Part shown: piece by piece, positions 18,553 through 31,100 of the stretch
How the letters are laid out: every line of letters begins with the position of its first letter
How positions within the stretch are numbered: position 1 is the first letter of the stretch
Assembly: GCF_000284455.1 (NCBI RefSeq)
Contig: NC_017039.1
Span: 2,310,001-2,342,000 of the forward strand
From: Synechocystis sp. PCC 6803 substr. PCC-P
GTDB taxonomy: Bacteria; Cyanobacteriota; Cyanobacteriia; Cyanobacteriales; Microcystaceae
Direction of reading: 5' to 3'
DNA length: 32,000 bases
Made by a program: the position numbers and the translations under genes
The notes under the pieces: generated by a model
Told to the model about the DNA's origin: nothing
What the model saw: the letters and a program-made list of their open reading frames with translations, nothing else
Databases searched by the model: none

Positions 18553-18613
18553 CTTTTCAAATGCCTTCTCAATGGTTATGGCCGCCTCCCAAACCTGGGG
18601 TCATCCAAACGCA

Positions 18614-19288
18614 TCAGGCAAAGGCTGGCATAATCAGGGCAAAAACTAATCCGGCTAACACTAACCAGCGGAGCCATTGCAAACTTTTGGACGATAGTTT
18701 CCAACGAAAATCCCGGAGCCATTGTTGGGGATTATCTTTAGCTCTGCGGCCCCAACTCACCATTGATCGCCAGAGGGCAATGCCACCAACTTTGGCACTG
18801 AATAGTAAATGAAATGCTAAACAAAGGACGACGATCAACCAGCCCAGGAGATGGAAAAAATAGGGCAGATGGTTGAGTTCTCCTTGGGGTAACCAACTTT
18901 CCTGCATCATGCGCCCGCTCACCACCGCCACAGTTAAGGCCACCAGCATGAGGGTATTAACCAATTTCTGCCACGCCACCCAAAAGGCCGGAGTGCCCGG
19001 TTGCTGTAACTGCTCCCAATTTTGATCAGACCATAAACGGCGATCGCCAAGGTGAAAGCAGTAGAGGGTAAAGGGAAACATGAGCAAAAACAGTGCCAAA
19101 GCCCCTGTGCCATGGAGATCCTGGGTGTAGTAGGGTTTCGGCAACGGTAAAGATCCCCAGCGGCCGTCGTAGGTGTTGTAAACCCAAAAGCCACTGGCGA
19201 TCGCCAACAAAGTTAACAAAGCCATGGCCCCATGGAGGAGCCGCAACACCAGGGATTGATAGGGACTAGTGGGACTGGTGGAGGACAT
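18614..19288 (-). CDS. Cytochrome b561 / di-haem membrane-type protein
   Basis: 224 aa; LRLLHGAMALLTLLAIASGFWVY, LHGTGALALFLLM, several TM segments with conserved His residues (FFHLLGWLIVVLCLAFHLLFSAKVGG). Confidence 0.78.
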   Translation of the reverse strand: MSSTSPTSPYQSLVLRLLHGAMALLTLLAIASGFWVYNTYDGRWGSLPLPKPYYTQDLHGTGALALFLLMFPFTLYCFHLGDRRLWSDQNWEQLQQPGTPAFWVAWQKLVNTLMLVALTVAVVSGRMMQESWLPQGELNHLPYFFHLLGWLIVVLCLAFHLLFSAKVGGIALWRSMVSWGRRAKDNPQQWLRDFRWKLSSKSLQWLRWLVLAGLVFALIMPAFA

Positions 19289-19330
19289 AATAAAAGTCGG
19301 AGATGAGAAAATTATCGCTAACTCAGTTAT

Positions 19331-21643
19331 CTAAGCTATGTTGCTAGCCTCTTCCGCTGGCACAGTATTTTCCTCAGCATTTTGGCTTAGTTTTAATACC
19401 AACACCGATAGGGGCGGTAAACATAAATCCAACGAGTAGGGTTGTTCATGGAAAGACCATTCTTCTGTCCATTTTCCACCTAAATTGCCCATGTTACTGC
19501 CGCCGTACTGTCGGGCATCACTGTTGAATAATTCAGTGTAGAAACCAGGTACCGGAACACCCACTCTGTAATGGCTATGGGGTTGGGGCGTAAAATTACA
19601 AATGGTAACCACAAATTCTGCGCTATTTTTGGCCCGACGAATGAAGGAAACTACACTGTGGCGATTATCACTGCAATCAATCCATTGAAAACCCGATTCA
19701 TCAAAATCATTGCTGTATAAAGCCGGCTCATTTTTATACAAATGGTTCAACTCAGTGAAGAATTGTTTTAGTTGTTGATGGGGTGGAAAATTGAGCAAAT
19801 GCCATTCCAAATCACCCCACACATTCCACTCACTCCACTGGCCAAATTCCATGCTCATAAACATGGTTTTCTTGCCGGGATGGGTGAACATGTAGGTGAA
19901 TAAAGCCCTGACGTTGGCATACTTTTGCCATTCATCCCCAGGCATTTTGCCCAACATATTGCTTTTGCCGTGCACTACTTCGTCGTGGGACAGGGCCAAC
20001 ATATAATTTTCGCTGTGGTTGTACCACATACTGAACGTAATGCTGTTTTGATGGAACTGGCGGAACCAGGGGTCCATGCTGAAATAGTCCAACATGTCGT
20101 GCATCCAACCCATATTCCATTTCAGATTAAAGCCCAAGCCGCCAACGTAGGTGGGCCAGGACACCATGGGCCAGGAGGTGGATTCCTCCGCAATGGATAA
20201 AATACCGGGGAAGTAGCTGTAAACAACGCTGTTTACCTGGCGCAAAAAGTCTGCCGCTTCCAAGTTTTCCCGGCCGCCGTACTCATTGGCCACCCATTCC
20301 CCTTCTTCTCGGCAATAGTCTAGGTAGAGCATGGAGGCCACCGCATCCACCCGCATGCCGTCAATGTGATATTTGTCGAACCAGAATAGGGCATTGGCCA
20401 CCAGGAAGTTCCGCACTTCGTTCCGGCCGTAGTTGAAAATGAGAGTGCCCCATTCCTTATGTTCACCTTTGCGGGGATCACCATGTTCGTACAAATGGGT
20501 TCCGTCAAAAAAGGCTAGGCCATGGCCGTCCTTAGGAAAATGCCCCGGCACCCAGTCAATGATCACACCAATGCCGTTGAGGTGACATTGATCGACAAAA
20601 TACATAAAGTCTTCGGGACTGCCAAAGCGGGAAGTGGGGGCGTAATAACCAGTCACTTGATAACCCCAGGAGCCATCAAAGGGATGTTCGGCGATCGGTA
20701 GTAACTCAATGTGGGTGTAACCCAATTCCTTCACGTAGGGAATTAGTTTATCCACCAACTCGTAATAGGTTAAAAATCTGGCCCCGGTATTCCATTCGGA
20801 CACTTCTACCGGCACCCCTTCCCCGTGCAAAGTTTTCACCGGTTCGTCGTAGGCAGTGTGCAACCAGGAGCCTAAATGGAGTTCGTAAACGGAAACGGGT
20901 TTGCTCAGGGGATCGCTGGTGCGCCTAGCTTCCAACCAATCTTCGTCGTGCCATTGGTAACCGTCCAAGTCTGCCACAATGGAAGCGGTTTTGGGGCGTA
21001 CTTCTTGGTAAAAACCGTAGGGGTCAGTCTTTTCGTAGATGTGCCCTTCCCAGTTTTTAATCTCATACTTATAAGAAGTGCCCACCCCCAACTCAGGGAT
21101 AAATAATTCCCACACCATGTTGTTGCGTTTCCGCATTTGGTGCAATCTGCCGTCCCAGTTGTTGAAATCCCCCAAAATGGAAACGTTGCGGGCATTGGGG
21201 GCCCACACAGCAAAATAAACCCCTTTAACTCCATCCACCGTCATCAGGTGAGCACCGAGTTTTTCGTAAATACGGTGGTGGTTGCCTTCCCCAAACACAT
21301 GGAGGTCAAAATCCGTCAGTTTGGGAGTTTTAAAACCATAGGGGTCATAAATTACCCTTTCGTGGCCATTTTCGGTAATTCTTAATTGATAATTCTTCGG
21401 TTCTTCCAACTCCAACACGCATTCAAAAAAGTTGGGATGGTGGACCGTGGTCATAATCACTTCCCGGCGATCGGTGGGAAGCAACACCGTTACCGCTTCA
21501 GCCGTGGGTAAATAGGCACGAATGACCCATTGATTGACCTTGCCGTGGTCCCCGAGGGGATGGCAGCCCAACACTTCAAAGGGATCGTGGTGAAGATTAT
21601 GGACAATCTGATGGACTTGGTCAGCGTTGATGGTGTAGGTCAT
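19331..21643 (-). CDS. glgB: 1,4-alpha-glucan branching enzyme
   Basis: GH13 motifs [64 protein letters not shown]; internal Met ([14 protein letters not shown]) likely the start rather than the track start at 21673. Confidence 0.96.
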
Positions 21644-21867
21644 TCGGCTATGGTGATTTTTTGACGTTGGCAATACTGCAAGGGGTTTGCCCGCCCAAAG
21701 CTAGGGGAAGACAACTTGCTTCGCTGGTAATCTTCCTACTCCTGGCTATGACTGCGGAGAAAGGATTTTGATTCAAGTTAAACCTACTTTATACACTTTT
21801 TTGCAGTTTTCCCTGGCTCACTGTATTTATCAAGCATCACACCGCACAGTGATTTGAACATTCCAAC

Positions 21868-22644
21868 CTAGCCAACGGTGGATTGGGGCACATTGAGGGG
21901 CACTCCCACCTGGGGTTCCCATAGGGAAGCTTGTATCCCTTCGTCAATTAGGGACTGGCGAAATTGACTGAGATCGCCGTCTAAACGTAAAACTTTAGTT
22001 AGTAAACCGCTATAGTTCAATTCTGCGGCTCCAGAGGTGGGGACGATCGCCTGGGGATGGACAGTGCGACAAAGCTCCAGGGTGGTTTTCTGGCCATTGA
22101 GCACCGGCAGGAATCCGAGGATATTGATGCCAATGACGGGGGTTAAAACCACATCAATGGGCCCCAAGTCTTGCAGTTGGGGAGAGTGGAAACCGTGGGG
22201 TTCGTAATAGAGTTTGGTGCTGGTTTGTAGATCCGTTAACACATAGGCATTTTCCACCAGGGTGGGGCCAATGGGGGAACCGGGTAGAGCAAGGATTTCC
22301 ACCCGGTCGTTAAGCACAAATTTTTGGTTATGGGGTAGACCTGTTACTGTTTCATAGCCCAACTCGGTGGCAACTTCAGCGGCTTTGGGGGAACCAAGAA
22401 CAGGCCAACTTTTGTCCAATTCTTTCAATGTGGGGGGATGGGCATGGTCTTCCAAACCCTGGGAAAGCAAAATTAGGTCAATGTTTTCCGGAATTGCCAA
22501 GGGCTGGGAGCGAAAACCCCGAAATAACCAGGGCGTATTGCCAAAGGTTAGGTCCCCCACCAACCAAGGATCAAGCAAAATTCTCTGTCCGCCCATCTCA
22601 ATTAGCCAAGAGTTGCTGTCGTACCAGGTGAGTTCCATAACCAA
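21868..22644 (-). CDS. MBL-fold (UlaG-like) metal-dependent hydrolase
   Basis: 258 aa; LTWYDSNSWLIEMGGQRILLDPWLVGD, IDLILLSQGLEDHAHPPTLKEL, conserved beta-lactamase-like order. Confidence 0.82.
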   Translation of the reverse strand: MVMELTWYDSNSWLIEMGGQRILLDPWLVGDLTFGNTPWLFRGFRSQPLAIPENIDLILLSQGLEDHAHPPTLKELDKSWPVLGSPKAAEVATELGYETVTGLPHNQKFVLNDRVEILALPGSPIGPTLVENAYVLTDLQTSTKLYYEPHGFHSPQLQDLGPIDVVLTPVIGINILGFLPVLNGQKTTLELCRTVHPQAIVPTSGAAELNYSGLLTKVLRLDGDLSQFRQSLIDEGIQASLWEPQVGVPLNVPQSTVG

Positions 22645-22702
22645 TTTCTTCCCTGCTGATCGTTCCTCCCTATTGTAAACGATTGTAAAGAGGGGCTAGG
22701 TT

Positions 22703-23329
22703 TCAGAATAAAAGAACGGAGGAATTATTTGCTGGGCAAGTTGCTGGGTTGGCGATCGCCGTTGGGGGCCAAGCCTGAAAGCGCCAATGGAAAAAGGGCG
22801 GAAAAAAGGGGGAGAATTGCCAATTCATTGACCAAACGGTGGGGGGCATATCCCCCGCTAGACAATGGAAAACTAATCTATCCCACAGTAAGGTTTCCGC
22901 CACCAACCGACTCCCCCAATGGGTAATTTGGGCCCATTGCCGCTGGGGACAGTTAACTAAGCACAGACTGTTGCCCACATAGTTGTCGCTAGAAGCCATT
23001 AACAATAGACTTTCCCCCATTTCAAAACAATTAAATTGTCCTGGTTGCCAAGCCAACAGAGGGGTTTTATCGCCCGGAGCTAGATATTCCGTTACCCCAA
23101 CCCCTTGAACGTTAAAGCTAGGAATGGGATTGGTTAACTCGGGGCCTTGTTTGACTGAGCCTTGGAATGTGCCCCGCAGTTGGCTACCGTCATTGAAGGT
23201 GTAGATCCATTGCCACGGCTGGGGAGATGGGGCGCTTTCCGTTGGGCGGCTCAAGTTAACGTTAATGGCGATCGCCAAGGGGGAAATGGAGAAACCTGCC
23301 CGATAATTTGCCCTGCCCATGATCTTCAC
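22703..23329 (-). CDS. Hypothetical protein (208 aa)
   Basis: Single ORF with YTFNDGSQLRGTFQGSV; exact start uncertain. Confidence 0.6.
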   Translation of the reverse strand: MKIMGRANYRAGFSISPLAIAINVNLSRPTESAPSPQPWQWIYTFNDGSQLRGTFQGSVKQGPELTNPIPSFNVQGVGVTEYLAPGDKTPLLAWQPGQFNCFEMGESLLLMASSDNYVGNSLCLVNCPQRQWAQITHWGSRLVAETLLWDRLVFHCLAGDMPPTVWSMNWQFSPFFPPFFHWRFQAWPPTAIANPATCPANNSSVLLF

Positions 23330-23531
23330 CTTCCCCTACACCTAGGGATGATTACTCAGTGCGGTTATCTCCAGCTTATCGGTATTGCGCCTCTCTTGGG
23401 TGCCATACACTGAAGAGTCCGTCTTTTACCCAGTTACTAAACCCTTGTTGGAAGCTTTTAGCAGCGATAATTTTCTCTAAATGGTCTGAACTAAACTGGA
23501 ATTATTCGCCGCTTTAATTTCTCCTAATGTC

Positions 23532-24152
23532 ATGCCTAGAATTTCAATTATTCGGCCTGAGCAAAGTTACACTTTTTCTGATTACTTCAAACTTAACTTT
23601 GCACCCCAAGACATTCTGAGGCATTTTGGTGTCACTCTCCAACGTCAATCCCTCGATCTTCCCCAGTATTTAGGGCCCCTTAACCGTCTGGGTGACCTCA
23701 AGACTCGCCTGGAAGAAAGCTTACCCCGCCTCAGCCTCACCAGCGAAATGGCAAGGAGAGAATTTCTCATTGCTCCAGTGTTGACCGATGTTCTGCACTA
23801 TACCCACGCAAACCTGGACGTTGAGTATCCCATTGTGGTTAGTAATCAACTAAAAGGTTCACTGGATTATCTACTACAAAATGATCAAACTTTCTTGGTA
23901 GTTGAGGCAAAAAATGAGGATTTGGAACGGGGTTTTGTTCAGCTTGCCATTGAATTGATCGCCCTTGACCAATGGATAGAGTCAGACCAGTCCGTCCTAC
24001 AGGGGGCAATTTCCACGGGTAATATTTGGCAATTTGGCCAACTAGACCGGCAATCCCGTTGCGTAACCCAAGACCTTGACCTTTACCGCGTCCCAGCGGA
24101 TCTTGAACATCTCCTAAGAGTTCTGGTGCAAATCTTACGACCAGTAAGCTAG
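23532..24152 (+). CDS. PD-(D/E)XK nuclease-like hypothetical protein (206 aa)
   Basis: LDVEYPIVVSNQLKGSLDYLLQNDQTFLVVEAKNEDLERGFVQLAIELIAL: D..(E)xK core as in Uma2/restriction-like folds. Confidence 0.75.
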   Translation: MPRISIIRPEQSYTFSDYFKLNFAPQDILRHFGVTLQRQSLDLPQYLGPLNRLGDLKTRLEESLPRLSLTSEMARREFLIAPVLTDVLHYTHANLDVEYPIVVSNQLKGSLDYLLQNDQTFLVVEAKNEDLERGFVQLAIELIALDQWIESDQSVLQGAISTGNIWQFGQLDRQSRCVTQDLDLYRVPADLEHLLRVLVQILRPVS

Positions 24153-24252
24153 GCTCAAACATTCCCATGGCGGACTATTTTTGTGTTCAGTTTTTCCTGG
24201 GGCCTTACAATCAAGGGCTGATCCTTCGTTACAAAACCACCAAAATTCTTTT

Positions 24253-24849
24253 ATGACCGATTTGACCCTGGCCGCTCTCAAAACTGCCCCCCTAGCACAA
24301 GTACGCCAATATTTACTCCATCTGTTGGCCACTCATGCCTACAAGGAAGGAGATTTTATTCTTTCCTCCGGTCAACCCAGCACTTACTACATCAACGGTA
24401 AATTGGTCACCCTGCGGGCGGAAGGGGCCTTGGCGATCGGGCGATTGCTGTTGACAGAGTTGCCAGACCAAGTGGAAGCGGTGGCCGGGTTAACCCTAGG
24501 GGCAGATCCCATTGTCAGCGCTGTTAGTACGGTGTCTGCCTACGAAGAAAAACCTGTGGTCGCATTAATCATTCGTAAAGAAGCCAAGGGCCATGGCACC
24601 AAAGCCTACATTGAAGGGCCAGAGTTAGCTCCGGGAACAAAAGTGGTGGTGTTGGAAGATGTGGTCACCACCGGAAAATCCGCCATGCTAGCGGTGGAAA
24701 GGTTGCGGAATGCGGGCTACCAAGTTGACACAGTTATTTCCTTAGTCGATCGCCAACAGGGAGGCCGGGAATTTTACCAAAGCCAGGGTTTGACGTTCCA
24801 AGCGCTATTCACCATCGGTGATATTCAACAGGTTTACCGGCAGAAGTAG
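24253..24849 (+). CDS. pyrE: Orotate phosphoribosyltransferase
   Basis: MTDLTLAALKTAPLAQVRQYLLHLL..GDFILSSGQPSTYYINGKLVTL, PRPP loop VVVLEDVVTTGKSAMLAVERLR; internal Met preferred over the track start at 24181. Confidence 0.93.
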   Translation: MTDLTLAALKTAPLAQVRQYLLHLLATHAYKEGDFILSSGQPSTYYINGKLVTLRAEGALAIGRLLLTELPDQVEAVAGLTLGADPIVSAVSTVSAYEEKPVVALIIRKEAKGHGTKAYIEGPELAPGTKVVVLEDVVTTGKSAMLAVERLRNAGYQVDTVISLVDRQQGGREFYQSQGLTFQALFTIGDIQQVYRQK

Positions 24850-24887
24850 AATTTTTGGAGCTTGTGCTTAGAATCCCAATCCCCAAC

Positions 24888-26276
24888 TTACTGACCGCCA
24901 TACCAGCGCATTAATACCCGGGCTAAGCGTTGGGGGTCATGGCGTACCTGATGGCTTTTTTCATCCTCCTGCATCACATTGGCTAGCACAATGCGGCAAC
25001 CCTTTTCGATCACTGCTTGCCGGTCCAGGTAAACGGGATGGGAATTTTCGGCGGCATATTTTTTCAACACCGGGGCAGAAGGGGGATTTCTCTGCACCAG
25101 CACAGCATCGTAGAGCCTTGCCGAAGAGACTTGATCGATCGCCGTTAAATGGTCTGAGACAGTGTAATTATCCGTTTCCCCTGGTTGGGTCATCACATTG
25201 CAGATATAAATGCGGGGCACCTTGGCCTTGGCGATCGCCGTTTGAATTTCGGGAATGAGCAAATTAGGCAAAATGCTGGTGTATAAACTGCCCGGGCCAA
25301 TGATGATATAGTCGGCCGCTTTAATGGCCTTGAGCACCGCTGGCAAAGCCTTAGGGGATTCTGGTAAACAACCGATGCGCCGAATGCGTCCTTGGGCTTC
25401 AGGGATATTGGATTCCCCCTCCACATAGCGCCCGTCCTCCATTTCTGCCCACAATTTGACATCGTCCAGGGTGGCTGGCAACACCTTCCCCCGCACCGCT
25501 AAAACCTTCGAGCAGGCGATCGCCGCCATTTCCAAATCTCCGGTAATTTCCGCCATGGCAGTGAGGAACAAATTACCAAAACTGTGGCCCGACAGCCCAT
25601 CCCCAGCTTTAAAACGGTATTGAAACAACTCTGTTAATAACTTTTCTTCGTCCGCCAGGGCCCCAATGCAATTGCGAATATCCCCTGGGGGCAACATACC
25701 CATTTCCCGTCGTAAACGCCCGGAGGAACCACCGTCATCGGCCACGGTAACAATGGCAGTAATGTTAGCGCTGTAATGTTTCAAGCCCCGTAAAAGAGTC
25801 GATAAGCCCGTACCTCCCCCCACTACGACAATTTTAGCCCCCTTATTAAGGCGACGGTGGGCCAGTAGCACGTCCACCAACTCCTGGTCGTTATCCGGTT
25901 GCAACACCTCGGAAATAGAACCAACGGTGCGACTTTGACCCCAAAAGACAAAAAATAGTCCCAAGGCCAAAATCAGGGGCCCAGAAACATAGTTGGGCAA
26001 AAGATTGGTCAAAAACCCCAGGGTATCGGAAACAAATTCCGTAATGCGAAAAATGGGGGTCAACTTAACCCAAATGGCCAAGCCCAAAAACATTAAAGTC
26101 AAACCAACGGCGCTGATCACCATCCAACGTTTGACAAACAGTCCCGGAGCCATCCATTTGAACCAGCGGTTAACCCTGGGGGAGGTGTGCTGGGAAACCC
26201 GATCGCCAAACTTCCGTTGTTCGGTTTTCAACTTGCGCATGGCGGACTTAGCGGACTTAAAGCGGCTATGGCTCAT
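24888..26276 (-). CDS. yvcK: Gluconeogenesis factor YvcK / CofD-like protein with N-terminal membrane segments
   Basis: [57 protein letters not shown]; [17 protein letters not shown]; [16 protein letters not shown]. Confidence 0.92.
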
Positions 26277-26461
26277 GGGCTAGGGAAGCAGAGGGGGAGA
26301 AGAAAGGGCAATGGGACGATAAAGCAAATTACTCCTTAACGCATTAAGGGGAAACCAATCGCTACCGATTTTACCTCTTCAAAGTATGCCAACGTCTAAA
26401 TAGACAAGATACAATCAGAATCTATCTGTGTCTTTTTCACCCTTGAAAAGGTGCGTTTATT

Positions 26462-28063
26462 ATGAATAGTCCTGTTGATCGTATTTTGATTTTCGACACC
26501 ACGCTTCGCGATGGGGAACAGTCCCCCGGAGCCACCCTGACCGTGGAAGAAAAACTATCGATCGCCAGGGCTCTAGCCCGTTTAGGGGTGGATATTATCG
26601 AAGCGGGTTTTCCCTTTGCTAGCCCCGGGGATTTTGAGGCGGTGCAGAAAATCGCCCAAACGGTGGGTACGGAAAATGGGCCAGTAATTTGCGGCTTAGC
26701 TCGGGCCACCCAAAAAGATATCAAAGCAGCGGCGGAAGCGTTAAAACCAGCGGCTAAACACCGTATTCACACCTTCTTAGCTACGTCGGACATTCACCTG
26801 GAGCATAAGTTAAAGAAAACCAGGGCGGAGGTGTTGGCGATCGTGCCGGAAATGGTGGCCTATGCCAAATCCTTAGTGAATGACATTGAGTTTTCCCCGG
26901 AGGATGCCGGGCGCAGTGATCCCGAATTTCTTTACCAAGTGTTAGAAGCGGCGATCTCCGCCGGAGCCACCACGATCAACATTCCCGATACGGTGGGTTA
27001 CACAACCCCGGCAGAATATGGGGCTTTAATCAAAGGTATTGCCGATAACGTGCCTAACATTGACCAGGCGATTATTTCCGTCCATGGCCACAACGATTTG
27101 GGCTTAGCGGTGGCCAATTTTCTGGAAGCGGTGAAAAATGGGGCTCGACAACTGGAATGTACCATCAATGGCATTGGCGAACGGGCTGGTAATGCGGCCT
27201 TGGAAGAATTGGTCATGGCTTTACATGTGCGCCGCAGTTACTTCAATCCCTTTTTAGGTCGCCCCGCCGATTCCACCGCACCTCTGACCAACATTGATAC
27301 CAAACATATTTACGCCACTTCCCGCTTGGTGTCGGAGTTAACGGGGATGATGGTGCAACCCAATAAGGCCATTGTTGGCGCTAATGCCTTTGCCCATGAA
27401 TCCGGCATTCACCAGGATGGGGTGCTAAAAAATAAGCTCACCTACGAAATCATGGATGCGGAATCCATCGGTTTAACCAATAACCAGATTGTGTTGGGTA
27501 AACTCTCCGGCCGCAATGCCTTTGGTACTCGCTTAAAGGAATTGGGTTTTGACCTGAGCGATACGGAATTAAATAACGCCTTTATTCGCTTTAAGGAAGT
27601 GGCGGATAAGCGTAAAGAAATTACCGATTGGGATTTAGAGGCAATCGTTAACGATGAAATTCGCCAACCCCCCGAACTCTTCCGTTTGGAACGGGTACAG
27701 GTTTCCTGTGGTGAGCCTTCGGTGCCCACCGCTACCCTAACCATTCGTACCCCGGCTGGCCCAGAAGAAACCGCTGTGGCGATCGGTACGGGCCCGGTGG
27801 ATGCAGTGTATAAAGCTATTAATCAGATTGTGCAATTGCCCAATGAGCTGCTGGAATATTCCGTCACCTCCGTCACCGAAGGCATTGATGCGTTGGGTAA
27901 AGTGAGTGTGCGTCTGCGCCATAACGGGGTGATCTACACCGGCTATGCGGCCAACACGGATATCATTGTCGCCTCGGCCCGGGCCTATCTGGGGGCATTA
28001 AACCGTCTTTATGCTGCCCTGGAGAAATCCCGGGAGCATCCCCCCGTCGTCGCTTCCCTTTAA
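26462..28063 (+). CDS. leuA: 2-isopropylmalate synthase
   Basis: 533 aa; [68 protein letters not shown]. Confidence 0.97.
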   Translation: MNSPVDRILIFDTTLRDGEQSPGATLTVEEKLSIARALARLGVDIIEAGFPFASPGDFEAVQKIAQTVGTENGPVICGLARATQKDIKAAAEALKPAAKHRIHTFLATSDIHLEHKLKKTRAEVLAIVPEMVAYAKSLVNDIEFSPEDAGRSDPEFLYQVLEAAISAGATTINIPDTVGYTTPAEYGALIKGIADNVPNIDQAIISVHGHNDLGLAVANFLEAVKNGARQLECTINGIGERAGNAALEELVMALHVRRSYFNPFLGRPADSTAPLTNIDTKHIYATSRLVSELTGMMVQPNKAIVGANAFAHESGIHQDGVLKNKLTYEIMDAESIGLTNNQIVLGKLSGRNAFGTRLKELGFDLSDTELNNAFIRFKEVADKRKEITDWDLEAIVNDEIRQPPELFRLERVQVSCGEPSVPTATLTIRTPAGPEETAVAIGTGPVDAVYKAINQIVQLPNELLEYSVTSVTEGIDALGKVSVRLRHNGVIYTGYAANTDIIVASARAYLGALNRLYAALEKSREHPPVVASL

Positions 28064-28147
28064 TGGCCCGGTGACAGTTACGCCAGGCTAAGTCGGATTA
28101 ATTGGTAGCAAACATCACAATTTGTTGCTAAACCCCCTCCCATCCCC

Positions 28148-31100
28148 ATGGACAAGGGAGGAAAGACCTATAATTTGGCCATGATCCCCGGGGATGTTGT
28201 GACTCCGGGGACGCCTTTTTTCGCTCAGATGCCTTGGATGAACATTTGGTCTCGTTTCAAGTTTCCCCCGATGCCATGGTGGGTTGCTAAACAAAGAAGC
28301 TTGGGGGGATTATCCCTGACTCCTAGTTTGTGGGAATTGGAACGGGACAACCAAGAACGTAAACCCACCGCCACTAATTTGGAGCATCGACAACAGCGGG
28401 AAATTGACCAACTCAAACGGCAGTTACTGGAAGCGGAACAAGCGAAGGAAAAATTAGCCCGGGAATTAGCCCAACATCAGAATTCGCCGTCCCAACCCCC
28501 GCCTCCCGTTTCCGGTTTGCAAACGGCTTTAGCTCGCCTGGGACAGTGGGGCATTCTCAGCCGCGATTTATATGGATTTTTTGATCAAGCTACGGAATTG
28601 ATCCGCACTGCCTTGGGGGTAGATTACTGTGGCCTTTGGGAACTTTTGCCCAATCGCTCTGCCCTGGTCCTTTGCGCTGGGGATGGTTGGGACAAGGCCT
28701 TGGTGGGCAACTATACCATTGATGCCACCAATCGTTCCTATGCCGGCTATACCATTCAACATAATGGCGATCGCCGGATGGAAGATTATGAACCTATTGT
28801 TGAACTAGATTTGAGGATAAGTACTAAGTTTCGGGCTTCCCCTTTACTGCATAACCTTGGTATTGTCAGCGGCATAAATTTAATGGTAGCGGGGCCCCGC
28901 ACCGCATTCGGAGTTTTGGGGGTTTATAGCCTCACTGCCCGTAAATTTACCGAAGAAGAAATTGAATTTCTCAAGGTAGCTAGCCATATCCTTGCCGCGG
29001 CCATTGATCGCCAGGAATACGAAGAGAGATTATTACTGTTACAACAGGCGATCGATGCCAGCTCCAACGGCATTTTGATCACCGATGCCCTGGGCTCAGA
29101 CAATGCGGTAGTCTATGCTAACCAAGGTTTTGAAACTATTACCGGTTTTAATCGGGAGGAAGTGATTGGGCAAAACTGTCGTTTTCTACTCAATGAAGAC
29201 CGCCAAGGGGAACAAAATAAACAATTAGAAAAACTCCGCACGGCGATCGCCCACGGCCAGGAGTGTGAAGTAGTTTTGAAAAACTATCGCAAGGATGGCG
29301 CATCTTTTTGGAATCATTTATACCTTTCCCCCATCTATAACCAGCAAAATTTCCTGGTTAATTTCATCGGTATTCAAACCGATGTTACCCAACAAAAATT
29401 AGCAGAGCAACAGCTACGGGCCAGTGAAGAATTCTTCAGTAGCATGATTGTCACCATCACCGATGGGCTATTAATTGTTGATCAAGAAGGCATTATCCAA
29501 TTTGTCAACCCCGCCGCCAGGGAGATGTTCAAACGACAGGAAGGCGAACTGCTCCAGCAACCCTTTGGTATTCCTTTTGTGGCGGATCAAGCAACGGAAA
29601 TTACCCTTACCCCCCTCGATGGCAGCATGGTGGTGGCGGAAATGCGGGTGTCTCCCATTCATTGGCAAAAGGGTAAAGCCTTTTTGGTTTCCCTGCGGGA
29701 CATTACAGAACAGCACCAAGCCCGTCTAGCCCTGGCAGAAAGTGAGAAAAAATATCGTTATATAGTCGAGCTGACTTCTGAAGGCATTTGGATTTTGGAC
29801 CAAGACCAACAAACTACCTTTGCCAACCAGCAATTGGCAGATATGTTGGGTTATTCGGTGCAGGAAATTTTAGAGAAAAACATTACTGCTTTTGTCCTTG
29901 TCATTCACCATTTACCAGAGTCCCAAAATAGTCACCAAAAGACTTTGCAATCTTTCCCTCGCTGTGTGTTACCCAACCATGGTCAGGTTTACGATGTCCA
30001 GTTCCAACGGCGAGATGGCAGTGTGCTCTGGGGTTTGGTGTCCCGCAGTGCTTGGTATGACCAATGGGGCAATTATCGGGGGGAACTGGCCATGCTAACG
30101 GACATCACCAAACGGAAATCCGCTGAGCAGGCCCTGTCCGCTAGTGAGCAACGCTTGGAGGGAATTTTGGGCTCCATTCAGGATGTGGTTTGGTCCGCCG
30201 ATGCGGTCAGTTTTGCCACCCTTTATCTCAATCCCACCACGGCCATGGTCTATGGTCAATCCCTAGAAGTCTGTTACCAGAGCCAAAATTTTTGGTTTGA
30301 ACAGGTCCACCCTGGCGATCGCCTTTTGCTGGAATATCACTTGCAATTGTTGATGGAAAAGGACCAGACGGAGTTGGAGTATCGCATTGTCCAACCGGGG
30401 GGCAAGGAGCGATGGCTATTTCGCCGTAGTCAATTAGTGCGGGATGGCGAGCATCAACCCCTACGCATTGACAGCATTGACAGTGACATCACCGAGCGCA
30501 AATTGGCGGCGGAAAAACTCCACTACAACGCCAACCACGATTCCCTGACGAATTTGCCCAATCGATCAATGTTTCTCGATCGCCTGGGCCATGCTCTGCA
30601 AAGAAATTTGCGTCGTCGGGATTTAAGATTTGCGGTGCTATTTCTGGATTTAGACGGCTTTAAAATTATCAACGATAGTTTGGGGCACAGTTGTGGGGAT
30701 TTACTGCTCCAGGGCATTGCCCATCGTCTGCGCCAATGTTTGCGGCCAGAAGATACGTTAGCGCGTTTGGGGGGGGATGAATTCACCATGTTGATTGAAA
30801 ACATCACCTGTCCCGAAGACGTGATCGCCGTGGCCCAAAGAATTCACCAGGAACTGCAAAAACCGTTTAACTTGAACGGCCAGGAAATTTTCACCAACAC
30901 CAGCATTGGCATTGCCCTTAACCATCCCCACTATGGCCATCCCCAGGATGTTTTGCGGGATGCAGACACCGCCATGTATCGAGCTAAGGCCGCAGGTAAG
31001 GGCCGCTACGCTATTTTCAACCAGACCATGCACCACCATGCTGTGCAGAGGCTCCAGCGGGAAAATGACCTACGGCGAGCCATCGATCGCCAGGAATTGC

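Noticed and set aside
18510-18812. 100-aa plus-strand ORF
   Set aside because: Begins inside the transposase relic in another frame and runs antisense into the cytochrome b561-like gene.
19925-21385. Several ORFs (62 to 109 aa) overlapping glgB
   Set aside because: Shadow ORFs of the well-supported branching enzyme frame.
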